DNA of 64,000 bases from an uncultured Selenomonadaceae bacterium (GTDB taxonomy: Bacteria; Bacillota; Negativicutes; Selenomonadales; Selenomonadaceae), in assembly GCA_905234175.1 (NCBI GenBank), contig CAJOGX010000005.1:785-64784 (forward strand), written 5' to 3'. Under the pieces are notes generated by a model. It was given only the letters and a program-made list of their open reading frames with translations, was not told where the DNA came from and made no database searches. Position numbers and translations under genes: made by a program. Position 1 is the first letter of the stretch; each line of letters begins with the position of its first letter. Positions 9,690 through 19,364 of this stretch are shown here, piece by piece.

Positions 9690-10540
9690 TATTTCTGCAC
9701 AGCCTCCAGCGACGCTATCGCGACTTCGAGCATCGAATCGTCCGGCTCACGCGTCGTCAGGTACTGCAGCCACAGCCCTGGCATTATCGCCGCCCGCACG
9801 AGTGGATTTTCTGACCGCCCCGCGAATCTGATTATCTCGTACGCTATCCCTGCGACCACCGGCAGCAAAATTATCCGCGACAAAATTCTCAGCCACAGTT
9901 CCGGCCAGCCCAGAAACGCGAAAACGAATATGCTGACAATCATCACGATTAGCAGGAACGCCGTGCCGCAGCGCGGGTGCAGACGCGGGAATTTCCGCAC
10001 GTTTTCTACCGTCAGCGGCAAATCCGCCTCGTAGCAGAAAATTGTTTTGTGCTCGGCGCCGTGGTACTGGAATACCCGCTGAATGTCCGCCATCCGCGAA
10101 ATTGCGAAAATGTACAGCACGAATATCGCCAGCCGCAAAAATCCTTCCGCCAGATTGAACCAGAACGGGGCTTCCGTCAGCGCGTGCAAAAATTTCGCCG
10201 CGAAAGTCGGTATCGCTATGAACAGCCCGCAAGCCACGACCAGCGCCAAAATTATCGACGCCGCCAGCTCCGAATCTGAAATTTGCTCGTCCTCCTCGCC
10301 CGCCGCCTGCGCAGAAAATGACAGCGAGCGTATTCCTAAAATCAAACTTTCTATCAGCGTCACCGAGCCGCGCAGGAACGGCAGTTTCAAAATCGGATAT
10401 TTTTCCGCGATTGACTTTACCGGCCTGACCTGCACGTTAATTTTTCCTGACGGTTCGCGGACGGCCGTGGCAACTTTTCCGAAGCCGCGCATCATCACGC
10501 CTTCGATTACCGCCTGTCCGCCGACGATTGGTTTTTCCAT
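9689..10540 (-). CDS. DUF1385 family membrane protein
   Basis: MEKPIVGGQAVIEGVMMRG plus QYHGAEHK motifs. ATG at 10540 lies 7 nt after GGAGCG and is preferred over the TTG at 10555. Confidence 0.8.
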   Translation of the reverse strand: MEKPIVGGQAVIEGVMMRGFGKVATAVREPSGKINVQVRPVKSIAEKYPILKLPFLRGSVTLIESLILGIRSLSFSAQAAGEEDEQISDSELAASIILALVVACGLFIAIPTFAAKFLHALTEAPFWFNLAEGFLRLAIFVLYIFAISRMADIQRVFQYHGAEHKTIFCYEADLPLTVENVRKFPRLHPRCGTAFLLIVMIVSIFVFAFLGWPELWLRILSRIILLPVVAGIAYEIIRFAGRSENPLVRAAIMPGLWLQYLTTREPDDSMLEVAIASLEAVQK

Positions 10541-10670
10541 TGAATCACGCTCCAAAAATTTCTCCGCTCAAGTTTAGCACAGCGCGAAAAAATTTTCCAT
10601 TGGCAGGATAAAAATCATTCGCGGCGAAATGTTATCTGAAATTGGAAAGAAACTCATTGGGGGCGATTTT

Positions 10671-11636
10671 ATGGCTAACGATAAGGCTCGCAAGGGCGAC
10701 GAGACCGCCGGCGATAAGAAGGGCATATTGCTCGAAACTGGTACGAACGAATTTGAAATTGTCGAGTTCAGCATTGGCAAGGTCAATTACGGGATAAACG
10801 TTGCGAAGGTTCGCGAAGTCATTCAGCGCGCGCCGGTAACCGCAATGCCGCAGGCTCACCCGTACATCGACGGCTTATTCACGCTGCGCGGCAAGGCGAT
10901 TCCGCTGGTAAATCTTCCGCGCTGTCTGAATGTGGCGTCCGGCGAAGAGGCGAAAAATATTATCGTCACGGAAATTAACAACTACGGGATTGGTTTTCTG
11001 GTTGAAAACGTTTCGCGCATTCACAGAATTTCGTGGAAGGACATGGAGCCCGCCCCTGAAGTCGGCGACCAGTCGCGCGTCGTCGGTATCATAAAAATGA
11101 GCGACCGCATTGTTCTCCTGCTCGACTTTGAAACGATTATCGCCGAGATTAATCCCGAAATTAACGCGAAACTCACGACGGTTGAGGACGCCACGGAAGA
11201 CGTTCGTTCACTGCGCGCGAATGTTCACGTTGTCGTTGCGGAAGATTCGGGAATGTTGCGCGACCTGCTTGTTACGACGCTGCATGATTCCGGTTACAGA
11301 TTTGTTCGCGACTTCGGCAACGGCCTTGACGCGTGGGATTATCTGCGCAACCTTTCGACGAAGGACGGCCCCATTTACAATCACGTCGGGATTATCGTTT
11401 CTGACGTTGAAATGCCGAAAATGGACGGGCACCGCCTGCTGAAACTCGTGCGCGACAACGAACGGCTCGCCGAAGTTCCATTCGTACTGTTCTCGTCGTT
11501 GATTAGTGAGGAAATGCGCCTGAAGGGCGAATCGCTCGGCGCCAGCGCGCAGATTTCCAAGCCGGAAATAAATCAGCTGATTGGAATTTTGGACAAGCTG
11601 ATTTTCGGCAAGACATTCAACAGCCCGAACGAATAA
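10671..11636 (+). CDS. cheV: chemotaxis protein CheV (CheW domain + receiver domain)
   Basis: ATG at 10671 follows GGGGG. The N-terminal CheW-like domain reads FEIVEFSIGKVNYGINVAKVREV. The C-terminal receiver has VVAEDS...SDVEMPKMDG. Confidence 0.88.
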   Translation: MANDKARKGDETAGDKKGILLETGTNEFEIVEFSIGKVNYGINVAKVREVIQRAPVTAMPQAHPYIDGLFTLRGKAIPLVNLPRCLNVASGEEAKNIIVTEINNYGIGFLVENVSRIHRISWKDMEPAPEVGDQSRVVGIIKMSDRIVLLLDFETIIAEINPEINAKLTTVEDATEDVRSLRANVHVVVAEDSGMLRDLLVTTLHDSGYRFVRDFGNGLDAWDYLRNLSTKDGPIYNHVGIIVSDVEMPKMDGHRLLKLVRDNERLAEVPFVLFSSLISEEMRLKGESLGASAQISKPEINQLIGILDKLIFGKTFNSPNE

Positions 11637-11648
11637 AAACTTTTCCAG

Positions 11649-11676
11649 CCTGCGAGATTCGCGGGCATTTTTGTTT
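11649..11676 (+). terminator. intrinsic terminator after cheV
   Basis: cctgcga-gat-tcgcggg stem (7 bp, one G-U) followed by catttttgttt. Confidence 0.5.
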
Positions 11677-11689
11677 AGGAGCGATTGAT

Positions 11690-12454
11690 TTGAAACAGTT
11701 TATCGTAGACGCGTTTACCGACAAAATTTTCAGCGGCAACCCTGCGGCGGTCTGCGTGGTTGAAAATTTTCCGCCGGAAAAAGTTATGCTGAACATCGCG
11801 CAGGAAAATAATCTTTCGGAGACGGCGTTTATCGTCAAGACCGGCGGCGGTTACAAACTGCGCTGGTTCACTCCGGCGGCTGAGGTTGATTTCTGCGGGC
11901 ACGCGACGCTCGGCAGCGGTTTCGTAGTTTTAACGCAGCTTGAGCCGAATTTAAATTCTGTCGACTTTGAAACTTTGAGCGGCAGGCTGAGCGTTACGAA
12001 GGCGGGAAAATTTTTTGAGCTGGACTTTCCGGCGTACCGCTACGAAAAAGTTCCAGTGACGGCGGAAATGAGCGACGCTGTTGGCGTGGAAGTTCGGGAA
12101 GCGTACCTGAGCCGCGATTTGCTGATGGTCGTCGATTCGCTGGAAAATCTTCAGCCGAATTTTGAAAAGCTGGCGAAGCTCGACGGAATGACGCAGGCGG
12201 TTACCGCTGCCGGTAAAGATTTTGACTGCGTGTCGAGAGTTTTCGCGCCGAAAGTCGGAGTGCCTGAAGACCCCGTTACCGGCTCGACGCACTGTCTGAT
12301 TGCGCCGTACTGGGCGGAGCGTCTCGGCAAAAAAATTTTGAACGCGCGGCAGGCGTCTAAACGCGGCGGAAATTTGCGTTGCGAAGTGCTGGGCGAACGT
12401 GTTAAAATTGCGGGGCAGGCGGCGCTTTTTGCCGTCGCTGAACTGAAACTTTAG
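11690..12454 (+). CDS. PhzF family isomerase-like protein
   Basis: 254 aa with a TTG start. FIVDAFTDKIFSGNPAAV, ETAF and FCGHATL are typical PhzF/YddE motifs. Confidence 0.85.
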   Translation: MKQFIVDAFTDKIFSGNPAAVCVVENFPPEKVMLNIAQENNLSETAFIVKTGGGYKLRWFTPAAEVDFCGHATLGSGFVVLTQLEPNLNSVDFETLSGRLSVTKAGKFFELDFPAYRYEKVPVTAEMSDAVGVEVREAYLSRDLLMVVDSLENLQPNFEKLAKLDGMTQAVTAAGKDFDCVSRVFAPKVGVPEDPVTGSTHCLIAPYWAERLGKKILNARQASKRGGNLRCEVLGERVKIAGQAALFAVAELKL

Positions 12455-12466
12455 GAGGAAATTTGA

Positions 12467-13861
12467 ATGAGCATACAGGCTGCCGTTGTCGTACCGCACC
12501 CGCCGATAATTCTGCCGGAAGTCGGGCGCGGCGAGGAAGAAAAAATCAGCGCGACTTCCAGCGCTTACAGGGAAATTTCGCGCCGAATCGTTGAGCTCAA
12601 GCCCGACACGATTATTATCACCAGCCCCCATTCGATGATGTACGCGGATTATTTTCACATTTCGCCTGGCGAGACGGCTGAAGGGAACATGGCTCGTTTC
12701 CGCGCGCCGGAAGTTGATTTGACGATTAACTACGACGCGGAATTTGCGGACAGACTCGGCGAAAATGCTATGGCTGAAAATATTCCTGCCGGCAAAATGG
12801 GCGAGCGCGAAAAAGCTCTTGACCACGGCACGCTGATTCCCGTTTACTTTCTGGAAAAGGCCGGCTTAGATTTGAGCGCCACGAAATTCGTGCGGATTGG
12901 ACTTTCCGGCCTGTCGAACGACGTGCACTACAAATTCGGGCAGATAATTTCTCGGACGGTGGACGAACTCGACCGGCGCGTGGTTTTTATAGCCAGCGGC
13001 GATTTGTCGCACAAGCTCAAAGCTGACGGACCTTACGGTTTTGTTAAGGAGGGGCCGCAGTTCGACGCTGAAGTTATGGAAAATCTTGGCGGCGCGGACT
13101 TTTTAAAGCTACTGACGATGGATAACGCTGTTTGCAACCGCGCGGCTGAATGCGGCTTGCGGAGTTTCTGGATTATGGCTGGCGCGCTCGATAAAAAATC
13201 TGTCGCGGCGGAAAAACTTTCGTACGAGGGAACTTTTGGCGTCGGCTACGGCGTTGTCTGGTTTGAGGTCGGCGGCGAAGATTCTGCCAGAAATTTCGAC
13301 GTGCAGCTTAAAAATCTCCGGCACGAAAAATTTATCGCGCGGAAAAGCCACGAAGATCCTTACGTTCAACTTGCGCGGCTCAGCCTTGAAACTTTCGTTA
13401 AAACGCACAAGCCGACGGAACTTCCGAAAAATTTGCCCGCCGAAATGACTGAAAATCGCGCAGGGACTTTCGTCAGCCTGCACAAGGACGGCGAACTTCG
13501 CGGCTGCATTGGAACTTTTCTGCCGACGACTGATTCTGTCGCGCAGGAAATTTTGCAGAACGCTATTTCCGCCTGCTCACGCGACCCAAGATTTTCGCCC
13601 GTCGAAGTTTCCGAGCTTGAGGATATTGAAATCATCGTCGACGTGCTTGCCGAGCCCGAACGCGTCTTCGACATCAAGGAATTGGACGCAAAAAAATACG
13701 GCGTCATCGTTGAAAATAACGGACGCCGCGGTTTGCTGCTGCCGGATTTGGACGGTATCGATACGCCGCTGGAACAAATCGCAATCGCTAAGAAAAAAGC
13801 CAGCATTCCCGCCAGCGAAAAAGTTCACGTCTGGCGCTTTGAAGTCATTCGCCACCACTGA
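12467..13861 (+). CDS. fusion protein: class III extradiol dioxygenase (LigB/Memo-like) domain + AMMECR1 domain
   Basis: 464 aa. N-terminal motifs are VVPHPPII...SPHS...LDHGTLIPVYF. C-terminal motifs are GTFVSLHKDGELRGCIG...RDPRF...YGVIV...GLLLPD (AMMECR1). Confidence 0.8.
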   Translation: MSIQAAVVVPHPPIILPEVGRGEEEKISATSSAYREISRRIVELKPDTIIITSPHSMMYADYFHISPGETAEGNMARFRAPEVDLTINYDAEFADRLGENAMAENIPAGKMGEREKALDHGTLIPVYFLEKAGLDLSATKFVRIGLSGLSNDVHYKFGQIISRTVDELDRRVVFIASGDLSHKLKADGPYGFVKEGPQFDAEVMENLGGADFLKLLTMDNAVCNRAAECGLRSFWIMAGALDKKSVAAEKLSYEGTFGVGYGVVWFEVGGEDSARNFDVQLKNLRHEKFIARKSHEDPYVQLARLSLETFVKTHKPTELPKNLPAEMTENRAGTFVSLHKDGELRGCIGTFLPTTDSVAQEILQNAISACSRDPRFSPVEVSELEDIEIIVDVLAEPERVFDIKELDAKKYGVIVENNGRRGLLLPDLDGIDTPLEQIAIAKKKASIPASEKVHVWRFEVIRHH

Positions 13862-14330
13862 GCGGCTTGAAAAATTCGCGAATCAGCTCGATTTGCACTT
13901 CCAGCCGCGATAAAATATCTTCGTGAATTGAGTCGGTCAGCTCAATCAGCAATAACGAAAATTCAGTCCTGCGCGAGGGAATTTCCTTCGGCGGGATTAA
14001 TTTTTCCAGAAATTCAATTGCATTGTCACCGTGGAAAAGGTGCCGCCCGAACGCGTAGACCGTCAGCCCGAACGCTACCAGCGCCGAAATTGCCCACGGT
14101 ACCGCCGTCGCCAGGTGTTTCGCTGCGAACGGCAACAGCTGCCTCAGCACGATAAAAATCAGCGCCGCCAGCACGCCGAAAAATATGCAGATTAGCTTGA
14201 ACGCGAAAAATGCGGCGGACATGACTACGCCCAGCGCCAGGAAAAAAATTTTCCCGATAAGCCGCAAAATTCCCGCGCCGAAAATCAGCAAGACTACTGC
14301 CGCAATTCCCACGCCCAGCATTTTAATCAC
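13845..14330 (-). CDS. hypothetical membrane protein (4 TM + soluble tail)
   Basis: 161 aa. The ATGA overlaps the pdxK stop, making it the last gene of the tsa-queF-pdxK operon. No recognised motif. Confidence 0.55.
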   Translation of the reverse strand: MIKMLGVGIAAVVLLIFGAGILRLIGKIFFLALGVVMSAAFFAFKLICIFFGVLAALIFIVLRQLLPFAAKHLATAVPWAISALVAFGLTVYAFGRHLFHGDNAIEFLEKLIPPKEIPSRRTEFSLLLIELTDSIHEDILSRLEVQIELIREFFKPLSGGE

Positions 14331-15202
14331 TCCTGTCCTCTCGCCGACTGCACAACTTTTACCGCTGCCATTGTACTGCCAAGTTCCGTCAAAAATTCCT
14401 CAAACGGCAAGCCGAAATTCCACGGCAGATTGAGATTTTCCGCGTGCAAAATGCATTTGGTCACGAAATCCGCCGCCTTCCTCACGGTCGCCGTAAGTTT
14501 TTCGCCATTCATAATCGACGCCGCAACAATTGCAAAAAAAACGTCTCCGGTGCCGGAGCGGTCGCTGCCCAGCTTTTTCGCCGTCACAAAATCGGTCGCG
14601 CCGTTATCGTAAACAAAATTCGTAATGTTCGAGCCGTCGTCCGCGTCGAGCGTCACGCCAGTAATCACAACCTGCCCGCCGCGCGTTCTGGCCGCAATGT
14701 TCGCCGCCATCGTCGCCAAATCAGAATCTGAAATCACGCCGCCGCTGGGATAGGGCACGTTCAGAAGTTCGCACGCCTCAGTTAAATTCGGCGTCACCAA
14801 ATCTGCGAAGCTCAAAAGTTTTCGCATTTCGACGCACATTTCCCGCGTGTACGTTTTGTAAATTTTTCCGTGGTCGCCCATGACCGGATCAATCAAAACC
14901 TGCGCGCTGAAACTTTTCAGGAAGTCGCTGACAATTTCAATCTGAGCCGCCGAGCCCAGAAATCCCGTCGCAATTCCGTCGAAAGTCAAATTGTTTAAAC
15001 GCCAGCTTTCGATATAATTTTTCATGCGGTCGGTGTAATCGTCCAGAAAATAATTCGAGAAGCCGGTGTGCACTGAGAGAATCGCCGTCGGCAGCGGGCA
15101 GACCTGAATTTTCAGCGCGGAAATTATCGGCAGCTCAACGGCTACGGAACAGCGCCCGAAGCCCGTCATATCGTTTATCAGCGCCAATCGTTTCTGTTTC
15201 AT
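14327..15202 (-). CDS. pdxK: pyridoxal/pyridoxamine kinase
   Basis: 291 aa. The N-terminus is INDMTGFGRCSVAVELPIISA. It has the ribokinase-family fold with a C-terminal GTGD anion hole (SGTGDVF). Confidence 0.82.
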   Translation of the reverse strand: MKQKRLALINDMTGFGRCSVAVELPIISALKIQVCPLPTAILSVHTGFSNYFLDDYTDRMKNYIESWRLNNLTFDGIATGFLGSAAQIEIVSDFLKSFSAQVLIDPVMGDHGKIYKTYTREMCVEMRKLLSFADLVTPNLTEACELLNVPYPSGGVISDSDLATMAANIAARTRGGQVVITGVTLDADDGSNITNFVYDNGATDFVTAKKLGSDRSGTGDVFFAIVAASIMNGEKLTATVRKAADFVTKCILHAENLNLPWNFGLPFEEFLTELGSTMAAVKVVQSARGQE

Positions 15203-15636
15203 ACGTGTGCCGCCAGCCGCGTCTTAGCCAGCTCCTCAAATTCCCCGCGCCCATAATTTACAAACGGCTCAATCGCAATTCCGCCGCGAACTTTGAACAG
15301 CCCTTCAATCTCAAGATAGCGCGGCGCCAGAAGATTAATCAAATCGTCAGCAATGCGGTTTACAACGTCCTCGTGAAAAGTTCCCGTGTTGCGGAAACTC
15401 GTCAGATAAAGTTTCAAACTCTTGCTCTCGACAAGCTTTTCGTCGGGAATGTATCGAATTATCAGCGTGGCAAAATCTGGCTGGTGCGTAATCGGACAAA
15501 CGCAGGTAAATTCTTCGCAGTTCAGCTTGACGAAATAATTTCGCGCGGAATTTTTATTTGGAATCGCCTCCAGAAATTCCGGCGAATAGTCAAAAGAATA
15601 GTCAACCTGTCTGCCGAGATTTTTCAGCTCACTCAT
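15199..15636 (-). CDS. queF: NADPH-dependent 7-cyano-7-deazaguanine reductase
   Basis: 145 aa. [23 protein letters not shown] and the E(S/L)KSLKLYL motif are diagnostic of type-I QueF. Confidence 0.9.
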   Translation of the reverse strand: MSELKNLGRQVDYSFDYSPEFLEAIPNKNSARNYFVKLNCEEFTCVCPITHQPDFATLIIRYIPDEKLVESKSLKLYLTSFRNTGTFHEDVVNRIADDLINLLAPRYLEIEGLFKVRGGIAIEPFVNYGRGEFEELAKTRLAAHV

Positions 15637-16652
15637 TGAATCGCTCCTTTGAAATTTAAATTCGGCACGGCGTTCAGGGTCAGCGGCGCGAAATCTTTTG
15701 CCAGCGACTGGTAGTAGCCGCGACAGGCAATCATCGCCGCGTTGTCCGTGCAGAGAATTTTCGTCGGGTAGAAAAATTTCAGTCCGCGCCTTTCGCAGGC
15801 TTCGCGCAGATTTTTTTCCAGCGCGGAATTTGCCGCAACGCCGCCCGCTAAAACAATCTGGCTCAGGCCGAAACTTTCCGCCGCGTCGAGCGTTTTCTCA
15901 ATCAGCGAATCGACAACGGCTTTCTGAAAACTCGCCGCCACGTCCGCATTGTTAATTTCCTCGCCGCGCATACTGGCGCTGTTCAGATAGTTCAGCACGG
16001 AAGATTTGAGGCCGCTGAAACTGAAATCGAAGTCGGCAACTTTCGGGCGCGGGAAGTCAATCGCGTCGGGGTTGCCGGTCTTAGCAAGCCTGTCAATTTC
16101 GGGACCGCCAGGGTACGGCAGATTCATGACGCGGGCGATTTTGTCGAAGGCCTCACCGGCGGCGTCATCACGGGTCTGCCCCAGCAGTTCAAATTCGTTG
16201 TACGTTTTCATTTTAATCAGCGCGGTGTGCCCGCCTGAAACTACCAGCGCCAAAAATGGCGGCTCAAGTTCCGGCGCGCTCAAAAAGTTCGCGAAGATAT
16301 GCCCTTCAAGGTGGTTCACGGCGACAAGCGGGACTTTCAGCGCGAACGCCAGAGTTTTAGCCGCCGCCACGCCAACTAACAGCGCGCCCACTAAGCCTGG
16401 TCCGTGCGTCACGGCGATTTGGTTTATCTGCGAAAGTTCGACGCCGGCTTTGCGTATCGCTTCGTCCACGACCGGCATGATGTTCAAAATGTGTTTGCGC
16501 GAGGCGAGTTCCGGTACGACGCCGCCGAACTTCTGGTGCAGCGGGATTTGCGTCGAAATGACGTTCGATAAAATTTCCCGCCCGTCGCGCAGGACTGCCG
16601 CCGCCGTTTCGTCGCAGCTCGTTTCTATTCCCAACGTTAAAATTTTTTCCAT
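15633..16652 (-). CDS. tsaD: tRNA N6-adenosine threonylcarbamoyltransferase
   Basis: [22 protein letters not shown] and VSGGHT motifs. ATG at 16652 lies 2 nt after the rimI stop and is preferred over 16679. Confidence 0.94.
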   Translation of the reverse strand: MEKILTLGIETSCDETAAAVLRDGREILSNVISTQIPLHQKFGGVVPELASRKHILNIMPVVDEAIRKAGVELSQINQIAVTHGPGLVGALLVGVAAAKTLAFALKVPLVAVNHLEGHIFANFLSAPELEPPFLALVVSGGHTALIKMKTYNEFELLGQTRDDAAGEAFDKIARVMNLPYPGGPEIDRLAKTGNPDAIDFPRPKVADFDFSFSGLKSSVLNYLNSASMRGEEINNADVAASFQKAVVDSLIEKTLDAAESFGLSQIVLAGGVAANSALEKNLREACERRGLKFFYPTKILCTDNAAMIACRGYYQSLAKDFAPLTLNAVPNLNFKGAIQ

Positions 16653-16654
16653 AA

Positions 16655-17107
16655 TCAATCCTTCAAGTTTGTGTTCCACATAATCAGCGCGTCCTCGCCG
16701 TTATCGACGTAATAATTTTTCCGCCGCCCGACGCTTTGCAGACCGAAGCTCTCGTAAATTTTAATCGCCGCCGCATTGCTCGGACGAACTTCCAGCGTTA
16801 TCGCATTGGCTCCGCGAAGTTTGCAGATGCGCAAAAGCTCAGCGAAAAGTTTCCTGCCGAAACCGCGCCCGCGAAATTCCGGCGCAACCGCCACGCTCAT
16901 AACTTCCGCCTCGCCGAAAGCCAGCCACGCGCCGGCGTAAGCTATAACTTTTCCGTCGATTTCGCCGACGACGTAAGCGGTATTTTCGCGCTGAACGACT
17001 TCGTAAAAAGTGTCGCGCCGCCACGGCAGGGCGAAAGATTTAATTTCAATTTCGGAAACGGCGTCAGCGTCGGCGGGCGTCATCGCGCGGAAAGTCAGCT
17101 CGGACAT
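16655..17107 (-). CDS. rimI: ribosomal-protein-alanine N-acetyltransferase (GNAT)
   Basis: 150 aa. GNAT motif A reads [15 protein letters not shown]. It holds the canonical position between tsaB and tsaD. Confidence 0.78.
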   Translation of the reverse strand: MSELTFRAMTPADADAVSEIEIKSFALPWRRDTFYEVVQRENTAYVVGEIDGKVIAYAGAWLAFGEAEVMSVAVAPEFRGRGFGRKLFAELLRICKLRGANAITLEVRPSNAAAIKIYESFGLQSVGRRKNYYVDNGEDALIMWNTNLKD

Positions 17108-17527
17108 TTAAATTTCCCCGCTCATGGTCAGCGCGTCTTCGCTGTCGATGTAATAATTTTTAATACGCCCGACTTTCCGAAAGCCGAATTTCTGATAAAT
17201 GTGCAGCGCGGGCACGTTACTGCAGCGAACCTCGAAAATCATGGAAGTTGCGCCGAATTTTTTGGCAAGGCAAATCGTTTCCTCAAGCAGTCTCTTGCCC
17301 AGGCCCTGCCCCTGAAAATCTGGGTCAACGGCGAAGGTCGTCATTTCAGCTTCGTCGGAAAAAATTTCGATTCCAGAGCAGGCGATAATTTCCCCGTTAA
17401 TTTCACCAACCAGATACTTTGTATTCGGGTTGCGAAACTCGCTGGTGAGAAAGCCCACGCTCCAGGCATCGTCGCCAAAGCATTTTTCGTCAAGCTCATT
17501 CACAGCGTCAATGTCGGCGGGAGTCAT
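17108..17527 (-). CDS. second GNAT N-acetyltransferase, RimI paralog
   Basis: VDPDFQGQGLGKRLL motif, clearly homologous to the adjacent rimI by eye (identity not computed). ATG at 17527 forms an ATGA overlap with the tsaB stop. An alternative start is at 17560. Confidence 0.75.
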   Translation of the reverse strand: MTPADIDAVNELDEKCFGDDAWSVGFLTSEFRNPNTKYLVGEINGEIIACSGIEIFSDEAEMTTFAVDPDFQGQGLGKRLLEETICLAKKFGATSMIFEVRCSNVPALHIYQKFGFRKVGRIKNYYIDSEDALTMSGEI

Positions 17528-18210
17528 TTTCCTGAAAATAATTTCTGTCGGCGTTCCCACAATTCCTCAGCCTCCGATCTTCTAATGTAAAGCGGTTCTA
17601 AATTCATGACGTTTGATATTTCGCCCGCGTCGAGTAAAAATTTACCGCACAGGGCAACGTTTACCGCGCGGGGCATTCGCAAATTTATTGGCGCAAGTTG
17701 GACGTTTTGCGGCAGCGCGACTTTGATTTTGCTGAGCACGTCGCCGCACAAAAAAACTTCGCCGTCGATTTTTTCAGCGGAAGTTACAATTTCGTCGATT
17801 GGTTTTACTTCGAGTTTTGAAACCGGCGCGCCCGCTCTGAAAGCCTGCACGTACGCACGATTTTTCTGCGCGTCGAGCATTGGCAAGACTGTCACTGAAT
17901 TTGTCGGGAAGTGGAAAGCTATCGCCTGCAAAGTCGGCACGCCGAGAATTTTTATCTGCCACGCGTAAGCCAGCGCCTTCGCCGTTGCCAAGCCGATTCG
18001 CAAACCCGTGAATGAGCCTGGCCCCAGGCTTACGGCAACCGCGTCGACTTTTTCTGCGCCGGCGATTTTCAAAACCTGTTCTATCTGCGGCAGGAGCGTT
18101 TCCGAATGCGTGAGGCGCGCTTCCTGCGAAATTTCCGCTAAAATTTTTTCGTCCGATACTACGGCGGCGCTGGCGACTCTGGTTGCCGCTTCAATTCCTA
18201 AAATCAGCAA
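17524..18210 (-). CDS. tsaB: tRNA threonylcarbamoyladenosine biosynthesis protein TsaB
   Basis: TTG at 18210 after AGGGGTGGG gives LLILGIEAATRVASAAV, the typical TsaB N-terminus. The 306-aa track ORF extends spuriously into tsaE. Confidence 0.85.
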   Translation of the reverse strand: MLILGIEAATRVASAAVVSDEKILAEISQEARLTHSETLLPQIEQVLKIAGAEKVDAVAVSLGPGSFTGLRIGLATAKALAYAWQIKILGVPTLQAIAFHFPTNSVTVLPMLDAQKNRAYVQAFRAGAPVSKLEVKPIDEIVTSAEKIDGEVFLCGDVLSKIKVALPQNVQLAPINLRMPRAVNVALCGKFLLDAGEISNVMNLEPLYIRRSEAEELWERRQKLFSGK

Positions 18211-18220
18211 GTTCCCACCC

Positions 18221-18703
18221 CTAATCGTCCGCGCTGACAAATTCTTCGAGTTCCCTGATAAAATCCGCGTGCTCTTCGCCGACGCACGAAAAATTAATCC
18301 GGCGCATATTTCTGGCGTCCTTAATGCGCTCGATTTCAATTCGAACGTAATTTTCGGGCAGGGCGTCAGGAAATTTTTCGCCCCACTCGATAAAAACAAT
18401 CCCCTCAGGAAAATCCGTGTACTCGTAAAAGCCGATGTCCTCAAGTTCCTCCTCGTTGTGCAGGCGGTAAAGGTCGAAGTGAACGATTGGGCAGAAACCT
18501 TCGTAAATGTTCATGAGATTGAAAGTGGGGCTGGTGACTTCGCCCTGTACTCCCAAAGTTCTTGCCATGCTCTGCACGAAAAGAGTTTTGCCCGCGCCCA
18601 GGCCGCCTTCAAGGCAGATGACCGTGCCTTCTCGGACGCGTTGCGCTACTTTCGACGCCAATGTTACCGTCCCGTAAGGGGACTGCGTTATGTGCGTAAA
18701 CAA
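18221..18703 (-). CDS. tsaE: tRNA threonylcarbamoyladenosine biosynthesis ATPase TsaE
   Basis: 160 aa. Walker A reads LEGGLGAGKTLF and the SPTFNLMNIY motif is present. TTG start with AAGGAG upstream. Confidence 0.88.
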   Translation of the reverse strand: MFTHITQSPYGTVTLASKVAQRVREGTVICLEGGLGAGKTLFVQSMARTLGVQGEVTSPTFNLMNIYEGFCPIVHFDLYRLHNEEELEDIGFYEYTDFPEGIVFIEWGEKFPDALPENYVRIEIERIKDARNMRRINFSCVGEEHADFIRELEEFVSADD

Positions 18704-18900
18704 AAATTTTTACACTCCTTATGCAACTAAAATATTCGACACTGTTAATTTTATCATAGCGGTATTTTAGCACGTTGTCAACGATAACGCCAGAGGCGCC
18801 GTCCGCGCGAAAATTTAATCTGATTTTAATTTTTCTCGAAGGAATTTCAAAGAGTGGCGGCGTATCATACAGACAATCAAAAGTAAAGGAGCGGTTGAAA

Positions 18901-19251
18901 ATGAAAGCGAAAACCTTAGCGCTGACGGCGGTGACGTGCGTGGCGGCGATTTTTGGGACGAGCGTGCCGACAGCTTTCGCGGAACCGATGACATACGATT
19001 TGCAGGCAACAGAAATTTCCAGCGAAGTTGAGACGCAGGAACTGAGCGCGGCTGTTCGCAACCGCAACAGGATTATTGGCGCGATTGTTGGCGCGGCGGC
19101 TATTGGCGCGATTATCAACCACAACAAAAAGCACAGCGACAGCTACCACGACGACGATTACGGCGGCGGCGACTACCACGACAGAAACAGACGCAGCAGC
19201 GGCAGACGCAATGCTCCTCCGCCCCCTCCCATGCCCAGTCAACACAGATAA
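18901..19251 (+). CDS. small secreted protein with a Gly/Ala core and a His/Asp/Gly/Pro-rich tail
   Basis: ATG lies 8 nt after AAGGAG. Signal peptide MKAKTLALTAVTCVAAIFGTSVPTAFA. Tail HNKKHSDSYHDDDYGGGDYHDRNRR...APPPPPMP. No homolog recognised. Confidence 0.6.
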   Translation: MKAKTLALTAVTCVAAIFGTSVPTAFAEPMTYDLQATEISSEVETQELSAAVRNRNRIIGAIVGAAAIGAIINHNKKHSDSYHDDDYGGGDYHDRNRRSSGRRNAPPPPPMPSQHR

Positions 19252-19261
19252 AATTTTCTAA

Positions 19262-19284
19262 GCCGGTCAAGCGCCGGTTTTTTT
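19262..19284 (+). terminator. weak intrinsic terminator
   Basis: gccggt-caagc-gccggt stem (4 GC pairs + 2 wobble) followed by T7. Confidence 0.4.
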
Positions 19285-19364
19285 ATTAGTGGAATTTTGC
19301 AGGATAAAAATTTTCAGCGTCGAATTTACAAATTTATTTAATTTAAAAATTGGAGAGGTCTTTA

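Noticed and set aside
18008-19127. ORFs 18008-18730 (+) and 18609-19127 (-) around the tsaE promoter region.
   Set aside because: They overlap tsaE, tsaB and the secreted-protein gene in the wrong frame or strand. Their translations are featureless.
19252-19364. Riboswitch or T-box leaders upstream of the amino-acid permease, the his genes, guaA and queF.
   Set aside because: These leaders are too short (0-110 nt) and lack recognisable conserved cores. Most of these genes are internal to operons.
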